DNA of 64,000 nt, from NCBI GenBank assembly GCA_965237905.1, contig OZ250172.1, positions 2,240,001 to 2,304,000 of the forward strand. Direction: 5' to 3'. Shown piece after piece: positions 30,618 to 40,123 of this stretch. Source of the stretch: Nitrospinaceae bacterium. Its GTDB lineage: Bacteria; Nitrospinota; Nitrospinia; Nitrospinales; Nitrospinaceae. A program made the translations under genes and the position numbers. Positions within the stretch are counted from its first letter, which is position 1. The number at the start of each line of letters is the position of its first letter. Under the pieces are notes generated by a model that was given only the letters and a program-made list of their open reading frames with translations, was not told where the DNA came from and made no database searches.

Positions 30618-31036
30618 TGCGTTTCTGCCTCCTCTTTCATGTATTGATCCATCTTCTTTTTCAAACGGCGGTAGATGGCGTATTCCCTATCCGCTTTTTT
30701 CTTTTGACCCATCTGTTCGTAAGTGTAGCCCAGACTGTAATGGGCATCTACAAAGGTCGGGTCGAGACGCAGAGCGGTTTGGAATGCCTTTTCAGCCAAG
30801 TCATATTTTTTCCGGTAATTGTGAATTCCTCCCAGCCCATAGTACCCGTTCGGGTTTTTGGGATTTTTGTCGATGGCATTTTGAAACGCCTGTTCCGCGC
30901 CCTCATAATCTTGTGATTCGATATGGGACAGTCCTTCCTTGTAATAATCGTCGCTGTTTTTGTCCGAGCATTGCGGTAAAATCAAAGCCAGTACACTGAG
31001 CAGGCACAGGGTTAAAAGAGTTCGGATGGAGGGCAC
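30614..31036 (-). CDS. Exported TPR protein
   Basis: Hydrophobic N-terminus with Cys, then three TPRs; stop overlaps the next start (ATGA). Confidence 0.85.
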   Translation of the reverse strand: MPSIRTLLTLCLLSVLALILPQCSDKNSDDYYKEGLSHIESQDYEGAEQAFQNAIDKNPKNPNGYYGLGGIHNYRKKYDLAEKAFQTALRLDPTFVDAHYSLGYTYEQMGQKKKADREYAIYRRLKKKMDQYMKEEAETQ

Positions 31037-31174
31037 GAGAGGCCTTTTTTATAGGGTTTGGCGGAAAATAGGTCGTCAGTGAGACTATTAAAAATGATAA
31101 CACCATTAAAGGGTTTCTGCCAGAACAACCCCTCCCGGATATTCAAACCGATTGGATAAGGGACCATTGCGCTC

Positions 31175-32458
31175 ATGGAAATCAACTTCTATTGGATAGC
31201 CTTCGCCGTCGGGACGTTTTTGCTTTGCGTGCTCGCAGTGTTGATCGTCAAAGGCTATGGGATATTGCAGGTGCGGTGGTTGAACATCTCCCGTTTGCGC
31301 AACCTTCAGCAACGGGCATCCGCCACCTCCGATCCGATCGAACGTGCCTCCCTAAATGCGATCACGGCACGTTGCGAAGCCCTGCGCGGTCGCTGGGTGC
31401 TCGGCGAACCGGATTTAGCCTTGATCGAAAATACGCGGTGCCTGGTCCGGGAGATCGCGGAACTTCATTATCCCCAATCCGACCAACCCCTCGCCGAAGC
31501 CCGGATCGAAAAAATTCTGAACGCCTTTCTTGAAATGAAAACGCACATCCTGCAGTTGACCCGCCTGCGAGGCATTCGGGAATGGACCCGGTTTCGACTG
31601 CGCCACCTGGTATGGTTGTCGGAAGCGTGGGCGCGTAAGACCCAATGGGAGCAAACCCCCACCGTCAAGACCGTGCGCCGTTTCAAACTGATTCCAATCG
31701 TTAAGTGGATTTACACGGCCCTGCGTTCGCTGGATCTGGTTTTCTGGTCCTTGAAAATGACGGTGTTCTTTTTATACGACATCGTGTTTAAAGTTTTTCT
31801 CATCCGGTGGTATTTGCTGGTGGGAGAAACCGCCATTCGGGTTTACAGTGACCGGGAAAAGGATGAAGAGATTTCTCCGGAAGAACTGCTGGAAGATATG
31901 GATGCCCTGCCGGATCAAAAGGAATTTCAGGAAACCGGGTTGACAGGAGAGGTTAAAGAGCGAGTCGATGCCTCGCGTAACGCCCTTTTGTTTCATCTGG
32001 GTGCGATGAGCTGGCAGGATGCGCGCCAACGCTATGATGGCTTGGTGAAAGAGATTGCCCGCGTCCATCATCCGCAGGCGGAGCGGCCTCTGTATGAGGC
32101 GCGGTTATATGATTTGCTGATCGGTTTCTCGCGGTTTGCGGAGCAGGTCGTGAACCTCAACACTAAACCGGTCGTCAACAAAATGCTCAAACTCCGCCTA
32201 TCCCATCTGCTGAAGGTGAAGGACGCCACGAACTGGGCGCTGGAAAACCAGTTGGTTGATCTGGCGCGTAAATACAAGGTTGGAACAGCAGTTAAATATT
32301 CCGCCCTCATTTACAAAGCATTTAAAAAGGGACATCCGGGTATTTTGTTTAAGGATGCGGCGCTGATCCTTACGCGGGAAGCCGGAAAGCGGTGGGTGCT
32401 GGTTTACCTCCACGATAAGATCGCCGTGGAGGCCAACTGGGTCTACAAACCGAAATAG
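31175..32458 (+). CDS. Membrane-anchored hypothetical protein with an internal duplication
   Basis: N-terminal TM; two copies of LV.EIA..H.PQ...PL.EAR. Confidence 0.75.
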   Translation: MEINFYWIAFAVGTFLLCVLAVLIVKGYGILQVRWLNISRLRNLQQRASATSDPIERASLNAITARCEALRGRWVLGEPDLALIENTRCLVREIAELHYPQSDQPLAEARIEKILNAFLEMKTHILQLTRLRGIREWTRFRLRHLVWLSEAWARKTQWEQTPTVKTVRRFKLIPIVKWIYTALRSLDLVFWSLKMTVFFLYDIVFKVFLIRWYLLVGETAIRVYSDREKDEEISPEELLEDMDALPDQKEFQETGLTGEVKERVDASRNALLFHLGAMSWQDARQRYDGLVKEIARVHHPQAERPLYEARLYDLLIGFSRFAEQVVNLNTKPVVNKMLKLRLSHLLKVKDATNWALENQLVDLARKYKVGTAVKYSALIYKAFKKGHPGILFKDAALILTREAGKRWVLVYLHDKIAVEANWVYKPK

Positions 32459-32481
32459 ACGGTCCTTGGAAAATGCCGGGT

Positions 32482-33537
32482 CTATTGTTTGGAGGAGGTC
32501 ATGGATTTACCCAGATTGGATATCTCCGCCACCAATTGAATCCTGTCCGACTGCAAGCTCATACGCTTGTCGATCAGGGTGTCGATCTGCACGTTGACCT
32601 GATCAAAACTTTCATCGCCGGGATATTCTCTCAGTAACGTCTGGAAAGAATCGTTGATTTTCAGTTCCGTGTGGAAACTGTTTTCAAACGACAGGACCAG
32701 GGACTGGAAGATATCCTTGAAACCCTGCGAAATGGAAAATTTGTGCTTGTTGGTCTGCGCCCAGTTTTTTAAAGTGTCGGCTCCTTGTTCAACCGCCTTT
32801 TTGGAAGCGCCCAGCTCAATATTGGCGATTTTAACGAAAGAGGTTCCGTTCTCCGGAACGTAATTGGAAACCCCGGTCACTTCCGGTCCCTCCATCTCGG
32901 AGACACGGGCTTTGATGAGGTAGACCAGGCTCTGGTTGGAATGGACAATGGATTTGAACAGGTAATATGACGGATTGTCCTGTTCCAACTGGCCCATCCG
33001 CAGTTTTAACAACTGATTCTCGCCTTCCAAGGCACGGATGATGGTTCTCCGTGACTGCAGGTCAAACTGGTTGACCACCGACAGGTCCCGGGTCAAACTT
33101 GCCTCAAACAGATTATAAGTGTCGTCGAGCGATTGACGGATGATCTGGGTATATTCTTTGAGGTACCCGTTGAATTCTTTCACTTGGGGACGGAACCGCT
33201 CAGTTTTAAAGTCGGGTTGGTAGAGGGTGTCCAGTTTTTTGTTGGCGGTTTTGAACTTTTCCTCAATGATGACCGACATCTGGCGTTTTTTCTGAAGCGC
33301 GTTCTCTTCTCCAATGGTTTCCATCAATACCGCTTGGCTCAAATCGTCGATGGCCGAGGTTTGGGTGAAAATTTCTGTCAATTCGTTGTACAGACTTGTA
33401 GAACTTTCCAGATACCGTGTGTATTCCTTAAGATCGTGAAACAGATCCGTATTTCCACTTGGAGCGGCGGCAAGGTTGTTACTCAATGAAAGAACACAAA
33501 TCAAAAGGATGACAGTAGCGCGGTATCGAAATTTCAT
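32482..33537 (-). CDS. Secreted helical hypothetical protein
   Basis: Signal peptide, GAGG RBS, 351-aa ORF. Confidence 0.75.
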   Translation of the reverse strand: MKFRYRATVILLICVLSLSNNLAAAPSGNTDLFHDLKEYTRYLESSTSLYNELTEIFTQTSAIDDLSQAVLMETIGEENALQKKRQMSVIIEEKFKTANKKLDTLYQPDFKTERFRPQVKEFNGYLKEYTQIIRQSLDDTYNLFEASLTRDLSVVNQFDLQSRRTIIRALEGENQLLKLRMGQLEQDNPSYYLFKSIVHSNQSLVYLIKARVSEMEGPEVTGVSNYVPENGTSFVKIANIELGASKKAVEQGADTLKNWAQTNKHKFSISQGFKDIFQSLVLSFENSFHTELKINDSFQTLLREYPGDESFDQVNVQIDTLIDKRMSLQSDRIQLVAEISNLGKSMTSSKQ

Positions 33538-33738
33538 AACCCTCTTTCCTTAGATGGGGAAAACATCGGGCATGGCCACTCGTTTCCCAAATTTCCGTTT
33601 TTATTGACCTAATCTCAGGATAAGTAAGGAAAGGGCGCTTGGCAAACATTATTTTGGAATGTAATTGTAAATTTAATTGGGATGGTATTTAACTACTTGA
33701 ATTAGCTGGAGTCTCTGTAGAAGCGGAGATTTTAAAGT

Positions 33739-34590
33739 TCACCCAATTGGGTCACTTGGAGGGGTCAGCCGATAGGAAACGCGCACCTCGCTGGCATAAA
33801 CGTCCGCCCAGTGGGAGGCTTGTTTTTGCTCCGGGGTCCACAGGTCCCGCCAATGGCAGGGTTTCTGGATGTAGTCGTCCCACTTCAGAAACCGAAACTC
33901 CAGGCCCAGAACCTGGAACCAGATTTCCAGCAGGGCGCGGCTGGGGAAGGTGGTCAAGACGAGCTCCTTTCCTTTATAGGGGAAGGCATTGGGAAGCCGG
34001 TAATCTTTTTTCTCCGACTGCGTCAACGAGGTCAGCAGGAGGGGGCTCTCGAACGTTTCATCCTTCAAATGAGAATAATACTGGAGCGCGTCCTTACCCT
34101 GCAGGGCGGCATACCGGGCGGTGAAGGTATCGAGTAGAATACACTTACGCGTCACCCGCTCCATCAGTTGGAGCAGGCGAAAGGGTTCCATAACATAATA
34201 CAGCAGTCCGAAACAGAGGACCGTATCGAAGCTATCAGGTTCGCAGGCTTCCAGAAATTCGAAAACGTCTTTCACTTCAAACCGGTAAGAATCGGGAGAT
34301 ATCTGCATTCGGCGGAACAAATCCTCCCCTTTCCGGACCATGGCTTCCTCGGTGTCCACGCCGTGAACATGCTGCGCACCCAACTGTAAAGCGGCGTAGG
34401 AGAGGGTTCCCATATGCGAGGCCAAATCCAGCACCTGGCAATCCCGGATCACGTCCGCATGGCGGGCCAGCAGGGTGTCCACGCGGCCGTTCAAACATTC
34501 GTAATGATAAGGAATAGCCCAGCGCTTGCTCCGGCTGTCCTCCTTCAAAAAGGGCGAATCTTCTGGGAAATAAGGCTTGACCTTTTTCAA
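33739..34590 (-). CDS. Class I SAM-dependent methyltransferase
   Basis: VLDLASHMG motif I, FDTVLCFGLLYY. Confidence 0.85.
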   Translation of the reverse strand: MKKVKPYFPEDSPFLKEDSRSKRWAIPYHYECLNGRVDTLLARHADVIRDCQVLDLASHMGTLSYAALQLGAQHVHGVDTEEAMVRKGEDLFRRMQISPDSYRFEVKDVFEFLEACEPDSFDTVLCFGLLYYVMEPFRLLQLMERVTRKCILLDTFTARYAALQGKDALQYYSHLKDETFESPLLLTSLTQSEKKDYRLPNAFPYKGKELVLTTFPSRALLEIWFQVLGLEFRFLKWDDYIQKPCHWRDLWTPEQKQASHWADVYASEVRVSYRLTPPSDPIG

Positions 34591-34804
34591 TCGTAACCTA
34601 TTGACTTATTAAATATTATTTGTTTTCTCACGCTGAAGCGGGAGAAGTTCTGCAGGCGGTTATTATAGCCTAAATGACTGAAAAAGCAGGAGCGGATTGG
34701 CTGTAAGGTCTGTTGTATCCTCACGACCAATAAAACTAGTTGCATTGATATATGTAGATAGGTGAATATGTTCTGATTGAGGGTTAATTTTAAAGGTATT
34801 TTCA

Positions 34805-35728
34805 ATGCCAAGACGCTTTTCGATGAAATTAATTCTGGGTACGGCTCTGATCCTGTTGGGAGCCGGGATTTCTGCACAAATGTGGCCGGGAGGCTGGACC
34901 CACGTTCTGGCTCAGGATTCTGCGGTGATCCGGGTCGCCGGGTCCACCACAGTATTGCCCATTGTATCCCGCGCGGCGGAGCGGTTCCAGACCCGCCACA
35001 CCTCGGTCAAGATCACCGTCAATGCTGGCGGCTCCGGTGTCGGCATTCATGGAGCGGGTACCCGACGGTTGGATATCGGCTTCGCGTCCCGTGAAATCAC
35101 TCCCAAAGAAAATAATCGTTACGCTGCCTCCCAACTCAACACGACCGTCATCGGACGCGACGCCGTGGCCTGCGTGGTGTCTTCCGAAATATTTCACGGC
35201 GGGGTGCATTCGCTTTCCAAACAACAGATCGGCGACATTTATCTCGGACAAATCACTAACTGGCAACAGGTCGGCGGACCGGATCGTCCGATCATCGTTA
35301 TCGACAAGGAAACGCACCGCGGCACCCGCCATGTGTTCATGCAATACCTGTTCGGAAAATCAAACGCACGGGCACCGGGCGCGCGGCTGGTCACCGGCTC
35401 CAACAACGAGGAGCAGGCCAAAATCGCGCAAAGCGATTCCGCCATCGGCATGCTCTCCATTGCCTGGATCAATGACGATGTGGTCGGCATCGGTATCCGC
35501 GAAGGCCGTCAGGTCATAGAACCCACCTTGGACAACGTGCGCACCGGACATTTTCCTATCGCCCGTAATCTGAATCTTATAACCGCCGGTAAACCCAAAG
35601 GCGTGGTCAAACAATTTGTCGATTACCTGCTGAGTCAGGAAGGCCAGGCCATCGTTGAGGCCAGCGGGTATATTCCCATTCACTCCCCGCAAGCCGTCTC
35701 CAAGGTAGCGGGCCAACTGACTCAATGA
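34805..35728 (+). CDS. pstS: Phosphate ABC transporter substrate-binding protein
   Basis: AGSTTV, GGSGVG, DIGFASR, IYLGQITNWQQVGG; first gene of the pst operon. Confidence 0.88.
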   Translation: MPRRFSMKLILGTALILLGAGISAQMWPGGWTHVLAQDSAVIRVAGSTTVLPIVSRAAERFQTRHTSVKITVNAGGSGVGIHGAGTRRLDIGFASREITPKENNRYAASQLNTTVIGRDAVACVVSSEIFHGGVHSLSKQQIGDIYLGQITNWQQVGGPDRPIIVIDKETHRGTRHVFMQYLFGKSNARAPGARLVTGSNNEEQAKIAQSDSAIGMLSIAWINDDVVGIGIREGRQVIEPTLDNVRTGHFPIARNLNLITAGKPKGVVKQFVDYLLSQEGQAIVEASGYIPIHSPQAVSKVAGQLTQ

Positions 35729-36603
35729 CAGATAAATTCTCAAAACTGTTTGCCGAAAGGGGACCGGCGTTTTGGTGGACCGGTTTCACGGCACTCATAG
35801 CCTCCGGAACCATTTTCATTCTGTTTGTCAGTCTGGTGATCGAAAGCATTCCCGTTTTTAAAAAGCAGGGAGTCTCGTTTCTGTGGGGAACGGACTGGTT
35901 CGCGGGCGAGGCGTACGGTGCCTTGCCGATGATTTTCGGTTCGTTGATGGTCACCGGTCTCGCAGTGGTGATGGTGCTCCCCTTCGCGCTGGGGAGCGCA
36001 GTCCTGACCTCTGAATTTCTCAACGGCCGTTTACGCCTGATAGTCAAAGCCGCGATGGAGTTGCTGGCGGGCGTGCCCGGCATTATTTACGGATTAATGG
36101 GCATCGCGCTGTTGACCGTGTGGGTGCGCGATGTGTTCGGCCTCATCGACGGCAACACCTTATTTACGGCGGGACTGTTGTTGGCGGTGATGATTCTACC
36201 GACGGTCATGACCCTTTCAGAAGATGCCCTGCGTGCGGTGCCCGGTGAATTCCGCGACACGGCATTGAGCCTGGGGTTGACCCGGATGGAGATGGTTCTG
36301 AAAGTGGTGGTGCCGCAGGCGTTACCCGGATTGGCCGGGGCGGTGTTTCTGGGACTGGGACGCGCCATGGGCGAGACCATCGCCGTGATGCTGGTGATCG
36401 GTGGCATCGACCGCATTCCGCAACCCTGGTTTAACCTGTTCGCACCCGGGCAAAGTATTCCCTCCAAGATTGGACGCGAGGCCGCCGAAGCGCTCGGCTT
36501 CGACGTGCAATGGAGCGCCCTCATCGCGCTGGGACTGGTGTTGTTCGTGATGGTGATGACGTTGACCTCGGCCGGAAATCTTTTGTTGAGGAGAGCCCGA
36601 TGA
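35725..36603 (+). CDS. pstC: Phosphate ABC permease
   Basis: ELLAGVPGIIYG, MILPT, GRAMGETIAV. Confidence 0.93.
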   Translation: MTDKFSKLFAERGPAFWWTGFTALIASGTIFILFVSLVIESIPVFKKQGVSFLWGTDWFAGEAYGALPMIFGSLMVTGLAVVMVLPFALGSAVLTSEFLNGRLRLIVKAAMELLAGVPGIIYGLMGIALLTVWVRDVFGLIDGNTLFTAGLLLAVMILPTVMTLSEDALRAVPGEFRDTALSLGLTRMEMVLKVVVPQALPGLAGAVFLGLGRAMGETIAVMLVIGGIDRIPQPWFNLFAPGQSIPSKIGREAAEALGFDVQWSALIALGLVLFVMVMTLTSAGNLLLRRAR

Positions 36604-37451
36604 ACCAACGCCTCTTCAAAGAGCGGACGATCCTGTTTACGCTGTACGGTTTTACCGGTTGTGGCTGTCTGGTGCTGGCCGTCATTCTGGCGACGGTTTT
36701 TACCAAGGGAGCCCCCGCCATCGGCAGCTCCTTTCTCTTCGAAGAGTCGCGCAATTTCGGGTTGGAGGGTGGTATCCTTTATCAGATTGCAGGCACCTTG
36801 ATTTTGATGACGGGCGCGGCCCTCGTATGCCTGCCGGTGGCTTTAGGATCGGTCCTGTTTCAAACCGAGTTTTTGCATTCCCCGCAACTCAAAAAAAACT
36901 TTCGTCTGCTCATCTATTCGCTCAACGCCGTGCCCACCATTATTTTCGGATTGATCGGTTATCTGTTCTTCGGCATATTTCTCGAAGCTGGGGTGTCGTG
37001 GGTGACGGGTATCTTGATTCTGGCGGTAATGATTCTACCGACTCTGCACGTCAGCATTCACGAGGCGGTGGAGTCGATTCCAAAACATTACCGGGAAGCG
37101 GGCCTGGCGTTGGGGTTGTCACCGGGGCAACAGATGCGCGCCGTCATTCTACCGCAAAGCCTGCACGGCATCGTGACGGGAACCCTGTTGGGACTGGCGC
37201 GGGCGGCGGGGGAGACGGCGGCCATCATGTTTACCGCCACCGCGTTTTCCGGCGTGCGCCTGCCGCAGTCGTGGACCGAACCGGTGACTACTCTGCAAAC
37301 GCATATTCTGGTGCTGGCGCAGGAAGCGGCCAATCCGGTGGCGCTTACGAATGCCTGGGGAGCGGGGCTCGTGCTTTTGACGTTGGTGTTTATTTTGATC
37401 ACAGCGACGCTCTGGATTCGATCTGGTTTGGAAATGGAGGCGGAACGATGA
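36600..37451 (+). CDS. pstA: Phosphate ABC permease
   Basis: AVPTIIFGL, REAGLALG, ARAAGETA; ATGA overlap with pstC. Confidence 0.93.
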   Translation: MNQRLFKERTILFTLYGFTGCGCLVLAVILATVFTKGAPAIGSSFLFEESRNFGLEGGILYQIAGTLILMTGAALVCLPVALGSVLFQTEFLHSPQLKKNFRLLIYSLNAVPTIIFGLIGYLFFGIFLEAGVSWVTGILILAVMILPTLHVSIHEAVESIPKHYREAGLALGLSPGQQMRAVILPQSLHGIVTGTLLGLARAAGETAAIMFTATAFSGVRLPQSWTEPVTTLQTHILVLAQEAANPVALTNAWGAGLVLLTLVFILITATLWIRSGLEMEAER

Positions 37452-38152
37452 CCGAAAATGCCATTCAACTGGAACAAGTCAAACTCAGTTATTCCGGCAA
37501 GGCGGTGATCGAGGCCGCCTCCTGCACCGTTCGCAAAAATGCGGTGACGGCGGTGGTGGGTCCGTCGGGAAGCGGCAAGTCCACCTTGCTGAGAACCTTG
37601 TGCCGGATGAACGACCGCATCCCGGGATTTCAGGTAGAGGGAAACGTGACGGTGCTGGGACGGGATATTTATGATCCGGGGATCAACGTGTATGAACTGC
37701 GCAAGCGGGTGGGGATGGTGTTCCAAAAACCCTGCGTGTTTCCCAAATCGATTGTCGAGAACGTCATCTTCGGTCTCAGGTTTCACGCTTCCCCAAATGG
37801 TGCGAGTTTTGCCGAACGGTCGGAGCAGGCCCTGCGCGATGTGTTTTTGTGGGACGAAGTGAAGGACCGCCTGCACGATCCGGCGCACACCTTGTCGCAG
37901 GGCCAGCAACAGCGGTTGGCTATGGCGCGCACCTTGGCAGTCGATCCCGAAATCCTGCTGATGGACGAACCCACTTCGGCGCTCGATCCCAAATCCTCCC
38001 GCGCTATCGAGGATTTGATTCTATCCCTGAAGGATCGGCACACCCTCGTGCTGGTGACGCACAACGTCGATCAGGCCGAGCGCGTGGCGGAAGATGTGAT
38101 CTGCGTCGACGAAAAAACCGTCTGCCACAAACCCTGCCAACGCCCGGGGTAG
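37448..38152 (+). CDS. pstB: Phosphate ABC ATPase
   Basis: GPSGSGKST, GMVFQKP, LSQGQQQRL, DEPTSALDP; true start inside the track's 36659 ORF. Confidence 0.93.
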   Translation: MTENAIQLEQVKLSYSGKAVIEAASCTVRKNAVTAVVGPSGSGKSTLLRTLCRMNDRIPGFQVEGNVTVLGRDIYDPGINVYELRKRVGMVFQKPCVFPKSIVENVIFGLRFHASPNGASFAERSEQALRDVFLWDEVKDRLHDPAHTLSQGQQQRLAMARTLAVDPEILLMDEPTSALDPKSSRAIEDLILSLKDRHTLVLVTHNVDQAERVAEDVICVDEKTVCHKPCQRPG

Positions 38153-38323
38153 CCCCGGAGCTAATTTAGCTGAGGCGTTACAGCGCGGCCTAAAAGTTAT
38201 TTTCGCCATTGAGCGCAGACTCCCTGCCAACGACCCCTACCGGGGGAGGGGACTGGCTGATGGTTTACGGCATTCGATGATCTCTGTCCGCAACTCAGAG
38301 TTTTTAAATTACCCGCGGCAATT

Positions 38324-38347
38324 TGTCACCTTGAGTCTATCGAAGGG
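38324..38347 (+). repeat. Degenerate REP copy
   Basis: TGTCACCTTGAGTCTATCGAAGGG, matching the 21094 arm. Confidence 0.7.
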
Positions 38348-38378
38348 AATACAGATAAACACGGATGAAAACTAAATA

Positions 38379-38454
38379 CTCCTCCCCTTTTCAAGGGGAG
38401 GCTGGGAGGGGTTGATATTAACCACCCCTAGCCCCTCCTTTTCAAGGAGGGGGA
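38379..38454. repeat. Second palindromic REP-like doublet
   Basis: CCTCCCCTT-TTC-AAGGGGAGG ... CCCCTCCTT-TTC-AAGGAGGGG. Confidence 0.75.
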
Positions 38455-38551
38455 CTGGAGTTAAAGATGCTGGGATTATCCCCTTTAAAAGGGTGGGCGA
38501 AGGGCCTATAATTTCGGTGATATCCATCAAACGGTGAATCAAGGTTCAGAG

Positions 38552-40123
38552 ATGAAGCGACAGAAAAACCGCAAAGACGAATTTGTGTTTTCGACCGGCG
38601 ACGAGGCGTTGTCGACCTTGGGAGAGGAGCTCCGCCTGAAATATCCGGAGATGGCGGAGAAGTTCGCGCGCCTGCAGGGTTCTGACCCGGTGGTCCGGCG
38701 GCTGGTGGATACGGTACACGACCTCATGCCTTACGACTGGCAGGACTCCGAACAGTTTTATCAGGGAGCGATGTATTGCGTGCGGGGCCATTACCTGGGG
38801 GCGCTGGGGGAGTTTTCCGAGATTCTAGAAGTGGAACCGGAAGCCTACCCGGTGTATCACCTGCTCGGTTACGTGTGCGGGAGCATGGGCAAATACAAGA
38901 TGGAGGTGGATTATTACCGCAAGGCCATCAAGATCAAGCCGGACTACCCGCAGGTGTATTATGATCTGGCGCTCGCTTACTGGATGATGGGCAAAGAGAA
39001 CAAAGCCTACGCCGCCATGAAACAAGGGGTGGCGGTCCATCAGGATTTCGCGGTGGCCGATCATTGGCTGACCTTCGCCTCGGATCACCTGGGGCGTTAT
39101 CAGGATCCGGATGGCTTGGGGGAAAAGGAAGAAGGCGAAAAAGTGCGATGCCTGACTCAAGCTTATTACCTTTTGGGCATGGCTTATCTTGATTATGGAC
39201 TGAATGCCAATGCGCGTTCGGCGTTCAAGAACGCAGTAAAATTGAAAGAAGATTTTGCGGACGCGTATTATCAACTGGGAGAACTGCACCTCAAAAAACT
39301 GCGCAATCCCAAGCGGGCCCGTAGTTACCTGGAGACCGCCGAATCGCTATACACTCAGGCAAACGACCTGACGCGGGCTGGCCTGGCCCATCAACTGTAT
39401 ACGCCGTTGGCAGAAATCTCTGACAAGGAGCAGGCCGCTGATGACTGGTTGAAAGAGGGTCTGCGGTTACAGCAATTGGGGTTGTATCAGAGTGCGGTCG
39501 ATGCCTATAAGAAAGCCATCACGTTTCACCCGGATTTTGTCGACGCGTATTACAATATGGGCATCGCGTACGGCAGTCTGGAGGATGTCGGGCAACCTAA
39601 AATAGATCAGGCCATCGGTGCGTTGAAACATGCGGTGCGATTGAAACCCGATTTTGTTCACGCCCATATCGCTTTGGGGGCTTCGTATATCCGGCGTGGA
39701 GATTTTCAGGATGCAGTGGATTTGCTGGAGGATTCGGCGCGTCTGGCTCCCGACGATTACAATATTTTTTATTATCTGGGAACGGCGATGCGCATGATGG
39801 GGAAGGTCCAGGAATCGCTTTCCATTCTCGAAAAGGCCGTTTCACTGGCGCCGGATTCGGTGCATGCCCGGTTTTCGCTGGGGTTGGCGTATTATGATTC
39901 GAAGCGGCTGGAGCTGGCCCGGGATGAATTTCTGGAGACCGTTCGCCTTCGCCCGGATTTTGCGGATGCGCATTACCTGTTGGGCAGTTTATATCACTCC
40001 GCGCTGGAGGATTCAGAGCGGTCCCTGTTTCATTTGAGAAAAGCGGAGAAGTTGTTTTCAAAACTCAAGGATTACCCGAAGGTATCGCGTGTCCGAGAAT
40101 TGATGACGACACAACTGGTTTGA
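38552..40123 (+). CDS. Multi-TPR protein
   Basis: Many TPR units (AYYNMGIAY, AHIALG, ARFSLG, AHYLLG). Confidence 0.9.
   Translation: MKRQKNRKDEFVFSTGDEALSTLGEELRLKYPEMAEKFARLQGSDPVVRRLVDTVHDLMPYDWQDSEQFYQGAMYCVRGHYLGALGEFSEILEVEPEAYPVYHLLGYVCGSMGKYKMEVDYYRKAIKIKPDYPQVYYDLALAYWMMGKENKAYAAMKQGVAVHQDFAVADHWLTFASDHLGRYQDPDGLGEKEEGEKVRCLTQAYYLLGMAYLDYGLNANARSAFKNAVKLKEDFADAYYQLGELHLKKLRNPKRARSYLETAESLYTQANDLTRAGLAHQLYTPLAEISDKEQAADDWLKEGLRLQQLGLYQSAVDAYKKAITFHPDFVDAYYNMGIAYGSLEDVGQPKIDQAIGALKHAVRLKPDFVHAHIALGASYIRRGDFQDAVDLLEDSARLAPDDYNIFYYLGTAMRMMGKVQESLSILEKAVSLAPDSVHARFSLGLAYYDSKRLELARDEFLETVRLRPDFADAHYLLGSLYHSALEDSERSLFHLRKAEKLFSKLKDYPKVSRVRELMTTQLV

Noticed and set aside
36659..37447. N-terminal extension of the 497-aa PstB ORF
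   Set aside because: Out-of-frame overlap with pstA; the true start is ATG 37448.
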